This document shows positions 50,881 to 63,300 of a DNA stretch of 64,000 nucleotides, in pieces; position 1 is the first letter of the stretch; each line of letters opens with the position of its first letter. The DNA is from Gonapodya sp. JEL0774 (Eukaryota). The stretch covers positions 1-64,000 of the forward strand of contig JADIIX010000102.1 of the NCBI GenBank assembly GCA_027604505.1. The letters run 5' to 3'. The notes under the pieces were generated by a model. That model saw nothing but the letters and a program-made list of their open reading frames with translations, was not told the origin of the DNA and ran no database searches. The position numbers and the translations under genes are program-made.

Positions 50881-52511
50881 TCACTGCCCCCGATTCTCTT
50901 TTCCCTTTGCACTTCCATCCACCTCCATCGCGTCCGCATCAACCCAGGTGCCGCGCTCCAGCTTACGTGCAAGGTAGCCTTCGAGCTCGAGCCGAAGGTC
51001 CTGCAAAACATGGCGTGAAGAAATGCAATCGACCGTACAATGTTAGGGCCAGGTGCACAGCTCTTCCTTGCTGCTACTCAGAGAACCCGACGCACCTTGA
51101 CCTCTCCCAGTCCACCAACCCTCCAAGCTTCTGACCTCTCCCTTTCGGCCTTGATCTGCCTGCCCGCAACTGTTTTCTCCTCCCCGTCTTCCTCTGCGGA
51201 CATGACCTTACGCGCACGTGCAGCTTGTCGGTCCACAGCAGACGCGAGGAACGACGGTTGCGATGGGGCAGAGGTCGAGGTGAGGATAGGATGGGTTGAA
51301 CGAACGAGGTTGGCGAGTTGGTCGAGTTGGATCGCGAGGGTTGGAAGGGGTGGGTTGACTGGAGGAACCCGAGCGGGTACAATTTGGTGAGTAGGAAACG
51401 GAGAACATGAGTGAATGAGACATTTCCAAGTAAGGGATGTTCATAGTCACCGTCTGCTCTCGCAGCAATGCGCTCAAGCGCTGGTATGTCGGACTCCCAC
51501 ACAGCGAGGCGGTTGGCGAGACGGGCAGCGCGGTCACGAAGACGGGCATTGAAGAGGGTTTCCTGCCTCAGTGGTGTCCCAATGTGTTGATGAGCAAGCC
51601 GTACCATCGCTTCCACCGGAAAATATTCGAAAATCTTCACTCACAGCCGCAACCTCTTTCCGGAGCTGTTCGAGTTCGGCGTCGACGGCCTGGTCGTCTT
51701 CTTCGGTTACAGAGAAGTCAAGATTCTGAAAGATCAGTAAAGGCGCAAAGAGAAAAATTGTTGAAGAGATTCAAGGTAAACCAATTAAATGAATTGAGAA
51801 CTGTCCACTTCGAGTTCAACAAGTGGTGATGACTTCAACAGACATTTCAGAGTAGTGAGAAGGCGGACTCCCCCTGTATTGTACCGCTATCTCCAAGCCT
51901 CAGCAGAATGAGCTCGCACCGAACTTCAGCGACACTCGAACATTTTATGCTTCTGCAATTTCTCCAAACCAATGCAATTTTTGGTGGAACTAAATGACTC
52001 TGTCCCTCGATCCGCACCTTCTCATATGGCAACCTTATGGGTAGCTCCTCCGAGATATAGAACGCATGCTTCAGGCAGAACATTTCAAAGATGTCGCTTT
52101 GTTTGTCTTGGGCGTGTTCGAGGAGGGTTTCCAGGGAGGAGAGGCCCTGAGACATGTGAACCCCAATCATTGAGACGAAGGAATTGAGGAGCACAGGATA
52201 GCCATTTGTGTATAACCCACCGTCTCAAGTTCGAGGTCGGAGTCTGGCCAGACGTACGACGCCTCGACAAACTCTCGGAGTTGGTCTAAACCTTGATAGC
52301 CAACAGAATTGAAAGCGTCCACAACGTCATCCACAAAGTCCATAGGGAAGAATCCAAGGTGCTTTACGAGGACAGGGTGCGGCTTTATAGGGGCGGCTGA
52401 TTGAGGACTATGTGTTGCACCGTTGGTTGTTCGGAGAGAGAGATTGAGGTGGTCTGATTCGGGCACTCGCGAAGCCGTGGAGGGCGCGGAGTCGGCAAAT
52501 GACGCGAGCAT
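50881..52511 (-). CDS. MIS12: Kinetochore protein Mis12/Mtw1
   Basis: LVKHLGFFPMDFVDDVVDAFN...GLSSLETLLEHAQDKQSDIFEMFCLKHAF matches the Mis12 domain; coiled coil follows. Confidence 0.8.
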
Positions 52512-53776
52512 CGCAATGTTTTGTATGGCGAAAAGAAGTTTGTTTTTACGTTGATGTTGTAGAGCTGCCCTCTGGTCTGCGGCAGATTCAGCTGTCCAAT
52601 TGGCGTCGACTTCCGCTCCGATTTCCTCCAATCCACCTCCAGATTCAGGTACAATCCGTACGAATCGGGAAATTCGATTGTTTCCGTGAGTGGTTGTGGG
52701 GGGGAGGGCGAATCGGCGTTCGGGTTGCGTTCTGGCAGGACAGTCCCAGTTTGGCAGCACCACGCACGCGCCACGCACTCCCGCCTGGCACGACTCGGGG
52801 GGTGATCTTTCTAATTAAATCGGCCTGACCCTCTACCGCCTAAAAGCCGGTCATTTCCGCTCTAATAAATCTGGAATATATGACTCTCCCGGGTGGACAC
52901 TATGTGGACCCTCTGGCGGTCCCCCCATCCTCTTACCGCGCACAACCTTTCAAGGAATTATCCCTCTATTCACTCGTCTCCCTCACCCCACCGGCCGGGA
53001 GCAGTCCATCTTGGATGTCTTTGATGGGTTGAGACCGGTGTTTGGGTTGAAGGAGCTGCTGTGGCTTCAACAACAACGTAATGAAATGGCAGGTTTGAAC
53101 AGGAGGGCCATGAAAGAGGCAACTTCTGGGGTCATCTGTGACCTCTGAAAGGAATGGCATGTCGTGCAGCAATTATACGTGAGCCAGTTCCCGCAGGACG
53201 GGAGCACACTTCCAACTCGGGAGTCATGTTTTGAGACAGCAGCTACGATAACATTGACCGACTAAAGTGAGTTCATCCATCCGCTCTATCATCGAGCTCT
53301 AAGTTCTGACAATAATCTGATAGTAATGTCATGTCATTTAAGGCCGTTATTGATCTGTGGCCTACAGTGAAAAGTAACCGAAGACCAATGCTACTTCAGG
53401 GTGCCAATTTGGCCACGTGAAATCGTTTTTGTTAAGTTCCCAGACCACACGGATGATATTATACGATGTAGCGGGTATTGCGAATGTAACTTAGGGTTAT
53501 GCACTGACCGCTGTCATGAATGTATTCGGTAGCTTTGACCCCCCCTTGGGCTGCAGCCTGCACAGCCGTGCAGGATACTTGAGCATTAGTGCATGTGTGT
53601 GTGTTTTGCGGTGGTTTCTCTGGTGAGATGACCACTTGCACTCGTCACAGCACTGCCGAACCGCTTAGTACAGTCCATGTGACAGCTACATGGTCCACAG
53701 CATGAAACAGCCCGTGAACTATTACGGAACAAGTCGATTTGCATTGTAATTTATGGATATCTGACAGAAGCGCAGA

Positions 53777-56700
53777 TTACAATTTAGCCCTCGATTGTCC
53801 AAAGAATGCGGCCACCAATTTTCCCCAGAGACTGGAGGGTGGTTGTGGGAAGTATTTCTCGATCTCCAAAACTGCCGCGTTCGCACTCCCCCAGGAGCTC
53901 TGGAAACCCCAGCCTATTTGTTTATGTATGGGAATGATTGAGGTTTATTGGTTGGTTTAGTAAACCGCGCGAGCGATGGCTGAGAGAGCACCAAGCTCTC
54001 ACCTCCATGTCCATAGTTGTGCACAACAAGGACCTTCTTGCCTGGAACACCAAACCGAACCACAACAGTTTGAATCACACGACCATGACAATCGGCGCCA
54101 GCAAATCTCACCATCTTTCGCAACCATTGTCTCGCTTTCAAGTCTAGTACCCTCCGCGCGTTGGGGGCGCAGACCGACTGGTTGTACACACGGATCGGTC
54201 TTCGACGAGTGTTGCGAGTCAAATGGGGAACAACGCAAGACCCACCGTTCACTTTTAGGATCTCAATACCAGGAGGCAAGGAAAATCCCTTTGCCTCGAT
54301 CTCTTCTTTGACAGTTTTGGGCCGGATTGACGCAGGCTCTGCTGGAACGCAGAAAATCAATCAGTATCCCCACAAGGAGCCCAACTCGCACGATCCCCTT
54401 CTCCTACCCCACGCCCAAGAACTCACCAGTTGCCACACTGACACTGTCTTCGACTTCCCCTTCCACAGCACTCCCCAAGTCACTCCGACTACCAGACCCC
54501 CAACGCCCTCCTTCCCCATGCTCTGCCTCCACTTCACTCTCCACTCCAACAACATCCCCACATTCATCGTCCATATCCCCATGAGTATGAGCGCGAGGAA
54601 CAACAACAGTAACCGGAGTCGTACTCGTAGTTGCCACCCGGAGCTGAGTTTTCGTCTCCCCGATCACATCTTCTTCACCCTCGTGGATCTCCGGCTGAAC
54701 CCAATCCTCTGTAGCCCCTCTGTCGCCTCCAGGCCCCGCCACCTCGCTCTCTACTGTCTGGATGCCCATGTCCCTTGCACTCTCTTCCACCTCTTCCACA
54801 AAGGGTTCTGCAACACTCTCCGTTTCCGCAGACTCTCTGTTCTCTTCGTCCATAATCTCCTCCACCGCACCCGCGTGATGACTCGCAAACGCGTCTCCCC
54901 CGGGTTGAATCGACGCGGTTGGGATTGGGGATGGGTTATGAGAGGTCGATGTCGAAGAGCCAGATGAGGGAAGGTGCAAATGAGTTTCAATTGAGTGGTC
55001 AAGCGATGAGGTTGTGGACACGTCCGATGCGCTGGGGTAGAGGTCAGAAAATGAAACCACCGAGTCGACTTCAAGTTTCGAAGGAAATGGAGAAGCCAGT
55101 TAATGGCAACACAAACGTTGAGATTGCAGAGAAACACACGCACCTTTCTCTTGCTTCGCGTCAACCTCCGGATCAGGACGCACCGGTGCATCAACTATTG
55201 CCTCCATGTCTTGGTGTCTTGGAACTACCGCTTCCTCATTGTTTTGCAATTGTCTTGTTGGCAACTCTTCCGCGATGTGTTCTTCATGCATTGGCGACGT
55301 ATCCAGTAGATCATTTGAGGCAGCAGGCTCAACCACTTCTACTCCATTTCTCCCCACCATCACGTGCACCTCCCCTTCGGGATCCTTCCCAATTGTTCCC
55401 TTCTCCTCCTCACTCACAAAACTTTCCTGCTTGTGTTCCTCCGGAACATGGTCAAGAGAGTCCCCCTCGACCTCTTTCTCTGCAGCACTTTGGTACTTCG
55501 GCAAAGCCATAGTGCAGTGGGATTGCGTGACCCCCAATGCGGGCACTGAGTCTGGGCCCTCAAGTGGAGATTCAAGTTTTGAAGTAGAAGCGTCAGCCTC
55601 CGTCACGGGCTCCTCACGTTCCTCTTCAATGAGATTCGAGTTTCGTAGAGCACTGCTGGGGTCCTGATCCTCATTCTCATCCTCCTCCGACTTCCCGTCC
55701 TTCTCGGACCATGCTGAGGTCTTGCTGTACTTTAGTGGAGGCGGAACGGGATTTGCATCACGAGCGACCCCAGCGACTGCAGGGTCGAGTTGCACAGCCT
55801 TCCATAACATTGACGCAACCATATCGGCCTCGTACTCTAAGCTCCACTCATTCGGCTGGTATGTACCTCCTACACACACGGTGCCTTCACCATCGAAGCG
55901 GGGGATGACGTAAGACTAAGGTGCAAAAGCGCAGTGGAAGTTTGGTTGGTTTGTAACCCTAATAAGAGAGTAGCACACTATGTACCGGATCAGCCATTGT
56001 CGATTTGGTAACCAACGGAGCTTTAATCAGAACAGTTTGTCCTCGGACAGCATCCATATGAGGGTCCACCAAAGTCTTACTCTCAGAGTCAAGTAAGAGA
56101 GAAGCAGCACCTGGAAGGCGAGATTCCCGTTTAGCTTCATCGTGATGAACTCTGACATCCAAACTTTTTCACCACCAATAACTCACCAATTCCTGTGCAA
56201 TTGACTACTATGTCGAACTGTCCCTCTGCAATCGTCCCATTCACAACCTCGGATAAAGATGCAACCTTGATTCCAGACAAAACGGTGCCCCCAAGTGCGC
56301 GGAATGAGCGCAAGAGGAACACAAGGTACTTTTCGGGATCGATGGCCACTGGAGATAGGAGTGCGGTCCAGTCCGAATGAAAACACTCAGAAGCGAGTTT
56401 GCCTTCTCACCAGTGGTGTATTCGAAACCGAAATTCATGCCCGGTGGCAGTTCAGAGGTCTTTATATAGCGAAACTAAATACAAGTAATGCAAAGTCAAA
56501 AATCCGAAACAAGTGTCTTTGCAGAAACGGACGGAACTGACGTTGGGAATAAACGATTTGTAGAATGGCTCCTCCCAGCCGAAAGGTTTTGTCGCAAAAA
56601 CATATCTCTCTAGTACTTTGAAAATCCCTTTACTGTTTTTGGCATCACTGGAGCCATAACTGCCATTGGCATGTAAAACAGGTTCTTCAGCGAGAATCCA

Positions 56701-57104
56701 AAGTGTTTGGAGAGTTTGCTTGTCCCATAGTCGCTGATATACAATCTCGATCTCAGTGGAGGCAGATTGCAGTAAAATGTCACACAATCATACTTGGCGA
56801 TCCCGGATTGAAAGAGGTGCAAAGTCTGCAGAGGAACGCCAGTGAGCGGCGGCCTTGCCCGATGTGTAATTGGGATCATTGGAGAGATGCTCTGGCGTTG
56901 CCAGTGAAATGATAGTAACCTGGAGGAGCGACAAATGAAAGAATCGTCGAAAAGCGTGTCGAATTGCATTCGGATGGTGAATCTCACATCCAAGCCTCTG
57001 GATATCGCAATCAAGGCGGTGGACAAGCCCACAACTCCACTTCCGATGACAGCTACTCGGGTTCTCCCATCTCCCACACGCTGTTTCCTGTTGTGAAATG
57101 ACAT
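53777..57104 (-). CDS. DAO: D-amino-acid oxidase (peroxisomal, C-terminal AKL) with a very large acidic insertion
   Basis: VAVIGSGVVGLSTAL, YTSGKAAAHW, VVNCTG, VRGQTVL, YVIPR, VGGT, VGLRPQR, VVHNYGHGGWGFQSSWG, ending SRAKL*. Confidence 0.88.
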
Positions 57105-57359
57105 GTTGTGGGCCTACCTTCAATGATAACTATGTTTGCAAAATGAAGAGTTTTTGGTGCATGCTCAGAAATGCGCACCCGTGATGACGAATAAGAGATC
57201 GCAGAGAGCTTGCGCTCGCCTTGAAATGACGCATTTAATTTTGCTAACTTCAGGTCATAGTGGATTGCGTTCAAATTTTCATAATTACATCGTGCTCCGC
57301 CTGCCTGTTCATTTTAGCCCCCAGGTAAGACGTACCTGATTGGTTCCCAATCGCCTCAC

Positions 57360-59126
57360 TCAATCCGTGCCCAATATTCTCACACTGCCATTTCGCAGAA
57401 GGGCGTCCACCACGTCCTCTGTGCCCTCCTTGATCACGGCCCACCTCTCATGACCCCGAGCATCTCTCACAGCAACGCTATCCCGGCCCATCCGGTCTTT
57501 CTCTGCGCACACGAAAACCACTTTGCCCTCTGGTAAGTTGGACATGGTTACGTAAAGCCAGGAGAGGAGAGGTAAGGCACGGCGAATGGGGCGCGAGACA
57601 TCGCCACTCCCGCTGTCAACAGAACCGAGCAGCGAGCTGTGACCAGATGCCGTCCCCAATGTATGCGCTACGTCTGGAATGTGGATGACTCTGGATAGGA
57701 TAGATTCATTGGTGGGACTTCGGATACCCACAACCGCGTGTTTCGTGCCAGACAATATGCATTGTAGCGTCAAGTGCCGAGCGGTCGATGGATTGAGGCG
57801 GTGTGCGATGTGAAGTTTGAGCTCGATGTGGGGTATGGTAAGAGAATTTGGGTTGGACATCGGAGCTCCCCTAGACACACTGTCTTCACCACCCTCAATC
57901 TCCCTTAAGTCCCCATGCGACCCAAATCCCGAATCTGAGTCCCGGAGGTAGCTTTTTAACTCCTCACCAGGAGGTATTACGGCATCCACCTCCGAGTCCA
58001 CAAGTATCCGCAGCTCTCCGTACTGAATCATGGAGACTGAGTGATAGGGAGTGTGTACGGTGGGGCCGTCGGGTGTCTGCACATGCCAACCTCTGTCGTC
58101 TCGACACTGCATTGTCCATTTCATCCCCAGCCGAGTACACATTCTCTCGAATCCAAAACCCCCCCTCAAATCACCCAACTTCGACATGTTAGATTTCCTT
58201 AGTCTTCGCAGAAAAACGGTAGGACCACGCCGTTGAGCCAGCACAACCCACCGACGCTCATCGGAACCCGGAAGAAGTATAGTTCGCAGGTTGCCGCGGG
58301 AGGTGGCAAAGTGGGGCGGGGAAGGTGAGAAGGAGGTTGATGCTCGATTGTCGCCTTGATTGGCTTCTTGAACACCATTCGCTTTGGCAAAGTTCCATGC
58401 AATCATCGCAGCCACAACAGAGTCTGGTGGCATCCAAAGGTCCACCCCACCACTGGGTATCCTGCCGTTCACAATCAAAGCAGCATCTCTGCTACGTGTA
58501 TCGGCATTGTCTGGCTTTACGTAGAATGGCAGTGGCAGGGTTTCAATATCCGCACCTGGGTTGATGAGAACCATTCGTTCGGCGTAAGATTGAACAGAGG
58601 TTGAGTCCACGAGACTAGGGTTAACAGAGGCAAGCGGGAGCAAGTATGTTGCTACACGAGTTGACTGGATTAGTGGGATAGTAGAGAAGGGGAAGAGAGA
58701 GGGATCGTTGTGGTCGACGGAGGAGGAGGAGAAGAAGGAGGAGGAGGGATAGCCGGTGTCTGGAGGAATGATGTATCGAGCGAGAATATTTGTGTTAGAG
58801 AGCGGATGTGAGAGAAAGGACAGAGCGGTGTTGAGAGTTGGGTGTGCCATCGCCGTCGTGGACTCTGTCAGAATCTGCAACGGTTGACTGGTAGTACGAT
58901 CAAGAATACCACCGCGAGGTTGACGGTAGTGATTTTTCCCCTTGGCCGACTCCGTGTTGTCGGAGATAGCATCGAAGAGTGATCCCCCGTTCTTCCGCAT
59001 TCCGATTCCTCTTTTGTAACTAGTGGCGGTGCAGAGGACTGAGGTTCCACCCGGAAACGACGAGAACAAAGGATCACGACAGCATCGGTGGAGCTTCGTG
59101 GGAGGGAAGGGAATCGGGGGACTCAT
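57360..59126 (-). CDS. RAI1/DXO-like PD-(D/E)XK nuclease-fold protein; apparently intronless; start uncertain (59126 or 58850)
   Basis: FATSRGNLRTIL, GFGFERMCT, ILVDSEVD, IELK and LQCILSGTKHAVVGIR correspond to DXO/Rai1 motifs. Confidence 0.65.
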   Translation of the reverse strand: MSPPIPFPPTKLHRCCRDPLFSSFPGGTSVLCTATSYKRGIGMRKNGGSLFDAISDNTESAKGKNHYRQPRGGILDRTTSQPLQILTESTTAMAHPTLNTALSFLSHPLSNTNILARYIIPPDTGYPSSSFFSSSSVDHNDPSLFPFSTIPLIQSTRVATYLLPLASVNPSLVDSTSVQSYAERMVLINPGADIETLPLPFYVKPDNADTRSRDAALIVNGRIPSGGVDLWMPPDSVVAAMIAWNFAKANGVQEANQGDNRASTSFSPSPPHFATSRGNLRTILLPGSDERRWVVLAQRRGPTVFLRRLRKSNMSKLGDLRGGFGFERMCTRLGMKWTMQCRDDRGWHVQTPDGPTVHTPYHSVSMIQYGELRILVDSEVDAVIPPGEELKSYLRDSDSGFGSHGDLREIEGGEDSVSRGAPMSNPNSLTIPHIELKLHIAHRLNPSTARHLTLQCILSGTKHAVVGIRSPTNESILSRVIHIPDVAHTLGTASGHSSLLGSVDSGSGDVSRPIRRALPLLSWLYVTMSNLPEGKVVFVCAEKDRMGRDSVAVRDARGHERWAVIKEGTEDVVDALLRNGSVRILGTD

Positions 59127-59459
59127 GTTCGGTTGGCTGCAGATAGAAAAGTTTAGGAACTTGGCCAAGTAATCTTTCACATATAAAACCACAATTCATT
59201 GATATACCCACACGTGAGATCCTCGCGGAAGAAGAATATGCATTCTCTTTTTTAGGAAATATTTTTGGAGCAGGTCGTTGGTCTCTCCACCGTCCGGAAT
59301 CCTCCAGAACTCTAACAATTTGACAACACCAAACCTCGACGGACGGTTCGAATCACCAATACTCTCCTTCTGTCTCTGGCTGAACGTATTTCCAAACTAC
59401 TCGGAGTATCTCGTCTCCTCTCCACCGCTTCTTCCACACTCTTGCTTCCTGTGCCAAAC

Positions 59460-59567
59460 ATGATTCAGGACACTACTCTCGAACTGGTCGCCAACACGCT
59501 TGGTGCGTCGCTGTTCTTGCTAATCATACTGTATCATTACGTGGACGTCAACGGAAAGAAGCAATAA
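59460..59567 (+). CDS. OST4: Oligosaccharyltransferase 4-kDa subunit (35 aa, absent from the ORF track)
   Basis: [35 protein letters not shown] matches the OST4 pattern MI.D..L...AN.LG..LFLL..LYHY. Confidence 0.92.
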   Translation: MIQDTTLELVANTLGASLFLLIILYHYVDVNGKKQ

Positions 59568-60392
59568 GCTCGCCGTTGGTTGCAGAGGCAAGTTGATGCT
59601 TGGTGGGAAAGCATCCTTTGATTGGGCATACATTTACTTGGCGTGATTTTCGCAGACGGACAAGTGATGGAGATGGTCCTGGTTGAAGTTGTTAGGTGTG
59701 TTGTTTGGGCCGTCTCCAACTGTTCAGTTATGCAAGCTGACACTGGCGGTGGCAACCTATTCTCAAACTCTCATGGTGTCAACCGTTCTATGTACCACGT
59801 CACTTCTTTGGGAATTGTGTTCTCAGAAACTCTTTGAGTAGTGTGTGCGCCCGTGGCACACCTTTAGCCTGGTTTGGAACAGACATAAAAATGTATCACT
59901 CATCGCAATTACCTTTGTATGGAGACGAACATGATAGCCAAGTTCTTTTCTCAGGTTATATTGTGTGTGTTTTGAGAACAAGGTTGCACTGGATCGTTTT
60001 CAACTGTGAGATTCGAGACTTGGTGGAAACATTGAACATCCCGGCACGACTTCATAACTTTCCTACATTTACCCGTGGGGTGGACTTCATCTTTAGTATC
60101 TTGGGGTGTTCTTTCTCCGCCCGGATTCACTCGAGCGAATCGGTGTAGTAGATACGAGTTCTAGGAATAACTTCCGATACGCGAAACACTGGGACGACTG
60201 ACCTTACAGGGAGAGCTTAAGTCTTCGGCTGTCGGGGACTGAGAAACATTGGAAGACTCAGCTTTCTGGCCTGGTGCTTGGGTCTACCGTCATCAACTCC
60301 GCACTCGACTTGTCAACCCTTTGTGAAACCAACCACGATTAGCCCGTAGTGTGACTTCATCAACAAGTCGGGCAGTCATCCTTCGAGAGAGC

Positions 60393-63300
60393 ATGCCCGC
60401 TCCCCCCTCGGGCAAGCGATTAGAAGCACAAGGGGCAGTTCAAGCAGCTCATTCCACGTCATTCAATACACCACCCTCCCCGACCTCCCACGTGCCCCTG
60501 ACATCCTCTCCTTCACCTTCTCGTCCGACCCGAATTCAAGCCGGGAGTAAAAGAGATTCGGACTCTGCTCAATTGTCCCCACCGCCAATGCAACCCCACA
60601 GACATTCCCCGTCAACACCAACACACGGGAACGACAGCAGATTTAAGGGTGGTACTGCTGAAGGTGATGAGGCACGAGGGTCTGTTGCAACAGGAGTGAT
60701 TCGCCATCCATTGGACTCTACCCCTCCAGTGTTGGGGTGCGAACCTATCTTCTCCCCCCCTGTTTCTCCGAAATCGTCGCCGCTCGCCCCAAAATTATTC
60801 CCTTCGAACCCTCCCGCAACTCCGCCGCACAGTCCCGCAGATCTTCTTGGATCTGCACCTTCTTCGCCTGCTCCACCGTTTTTCTCCCCTGCGCCAACGT
60901 ACGCGCTCACCACGGGCGTCGTATCCCGCAAAGAGTCTGATAACGATCCAGACCGTGACTGGGCCTCCGACGCGGCCACAGAAGCCGATGAGGATGACGT
61001 GGACGATCTGTTTGCCATGACTAATGGCCTGAAAGGTGGGAGCAAAGCTAATAGCAATGGTGTAAGCTACACGGATCGCCGACCGGCACAGCGAACACCC
61101 CAACTTCCTTCGTCTGGGGCTACTATGGCTGCGAAAGGGACCGACCGCGTGCATGCCGCCGCTGCCGCTACGTGGAGCTCACAACCTGCACCTCCGGGCG
61201 GCCCGTGGTTGCAAGACATGCCGCCTTCTTTGACTCCACCAACGCATGAAGAAGACTTGACGGGTATGCCGCCGCTTCACAATGACGATGACGCTGGAGT
61301 AGGGAATGGACTTGGAGGCTGGGAAGGACCTTCTGGAGCTGTGTGGGAGGACGGCGATGGGTTCGAAGAGGGGTTAGACCTTGATATGGTCAGGGATCCG
61401 ACTTGGGGTAGTCAAGAGTCTTGTGTCACGGAAGCGGTGATTGGCGGGATCGAAATCGTCGCAGCAGACGACGTTGCAGTTATCAAAGACTTTGAGACGC
61501 AGAACTATTCAGGCTATTCGGCTGAAAGAGCCGCAGCGGATGACGATTTGCCACCGTACGGAGAGGTTGAGGGAACAGGAGGTGGCACTGCGTGGTATCC
61601 GAGGAAGGAAGAAGATGTGAGTGGCAAGTTGCCAAGTTGTCCCTCCACCAAAATTCTTGATGGATCTTTGCACTCAACTGTTTGTTACCGCCAAAACCCT
61701 GCGCCTTTTGAATTTGATCCCTACACTCACCGCAGTGGGCTTCCAAGATCCCATCACCGCCGCCGCCTCCGCGTTCCCTGACACCCCCCATGACAGTGCC
61801 GACAATATCTTCAAATCTCCCATCCGCCACCGCACGGCCGACACCGCGCAATCCCGCCGCCCAGCTCCACATTTACAAGCGCTCCCTGAACCCTCGACGT
61901 GTACCCGGTCGCCCCGTCTATCTATTGTCTCATCGGTGGATTTTAGCATTTGAGTTTTGGGCGCGCTCGAACACGGTGGACGCGATGGACCCACCTGGTG
62001 TGGTGGACAACAGTTCATTGCTGAGGAGAGGATATGTGGAGAAAGTTGGACTTGGAGTGGCAGGCAGGTTGAAAGAGGGGTTGATGCAGGGCGTTGATTT
62101 CGAAGTGATTTCGAGTGAAGGGTGGGAGAAGCTTGTGGGATGGTGGGTATATTTTCTGTTTCAAGTTGGTGGGGCTCTCATCACGTTTTGGTATTATTCT
62201 CATCCCATTAAAATAGGCACGGTCTCGCGAGCCCGCGCCATTCTATCCCGCGAACCTTCAACCCCAATCCTCCCCATGTCCTCGAACTCTTCCCTGCCCT
62301 CTTACCGGTCCTCGTTCTCGTCCCCACAACCGACCCTTTGTCGATTGGCGTACCCCGCCTATCCGCTCTCATCACCGCTACCACGACCGTCGCAGGAATT
62401 TTACGAGCCTTGGCTAGGCGGTTGAGGCTGGACATTCCGGAGAAAGGCCGTCGTGCACGCTTATGGAAGATGCGCGGTCCCACACCGCCGGAGACGAGGT
62501 GGGTGCCATCCGCATCTGTACCTCCCACTGCGGGTGCGATGACGGTGCACGAGGTGTTGGGTGTCCCAGCGAGTGGAGGAATGGATGGGGAGGAGGACGG
62601 ATGGGTTGGTTTGGAGGTGAGTCGGACAGATGGGGGATACGAAGGTGATGCCGTCGGGATGACACGGGAAGTGGGAGAAGAAGGTAGCGGTCTAGAGTTG
62701 GCAGGAGGAGAGGTTGGTGATGTGGACGATAGAGAGGTGGTATGTGAATGGGATGGAGAGGGGGTAGGGAGTGGGAGGTGAGTTTGTGTTCTGCAATATA
62801 GGGGTTGGATATTGTTTACTCACAACCAGCAACTGTCGGCTATCCGCGCAGCTCCTCTCCAAACACTACCTCTGGGTCACTTCCCGCTTCTTCACTCCCT
62901 GGCCCTGCACGCTCGTCTACTGGCGCAATTCTTCTGGGACCGCCCCCTGTGGCTTCTACTACCTCCATCACTGCTGACGAAGACATAGCCTCGACGGCTG
63001 GGAGCTGGTGGAAGACTGTAGAGGACGAAGAGGCGCGCAAAGTCTCCTCAGCTGGGTATGGACGAAAGACGGGGGTGAGCTGGGCTGAGAGGGAGTGGGA
63101 GAGAGAACGAGAGGACAGCAACCTGCCGAGGGGAGCATTGGGGCTGGTGAATCTTGGGAATACGGTAGGTCTATGTTTTTGCGGTAGTACGACGGGGCAA
63201 ACATTTACGAAACTGCACTCCCAACGCCCCTGCTCCACGCTCCACGATCGCCCGCGCTTCTTGTGTGTAGTGCTTCATGAATTCTTCACTCCAGTGCATG

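Noticed and set aside
59340..59360. GGTTCGAATC, a tRNA T-loop/B-box-like motif
   Set aside because: The flanks do not form a T-stem or cloverleaf.
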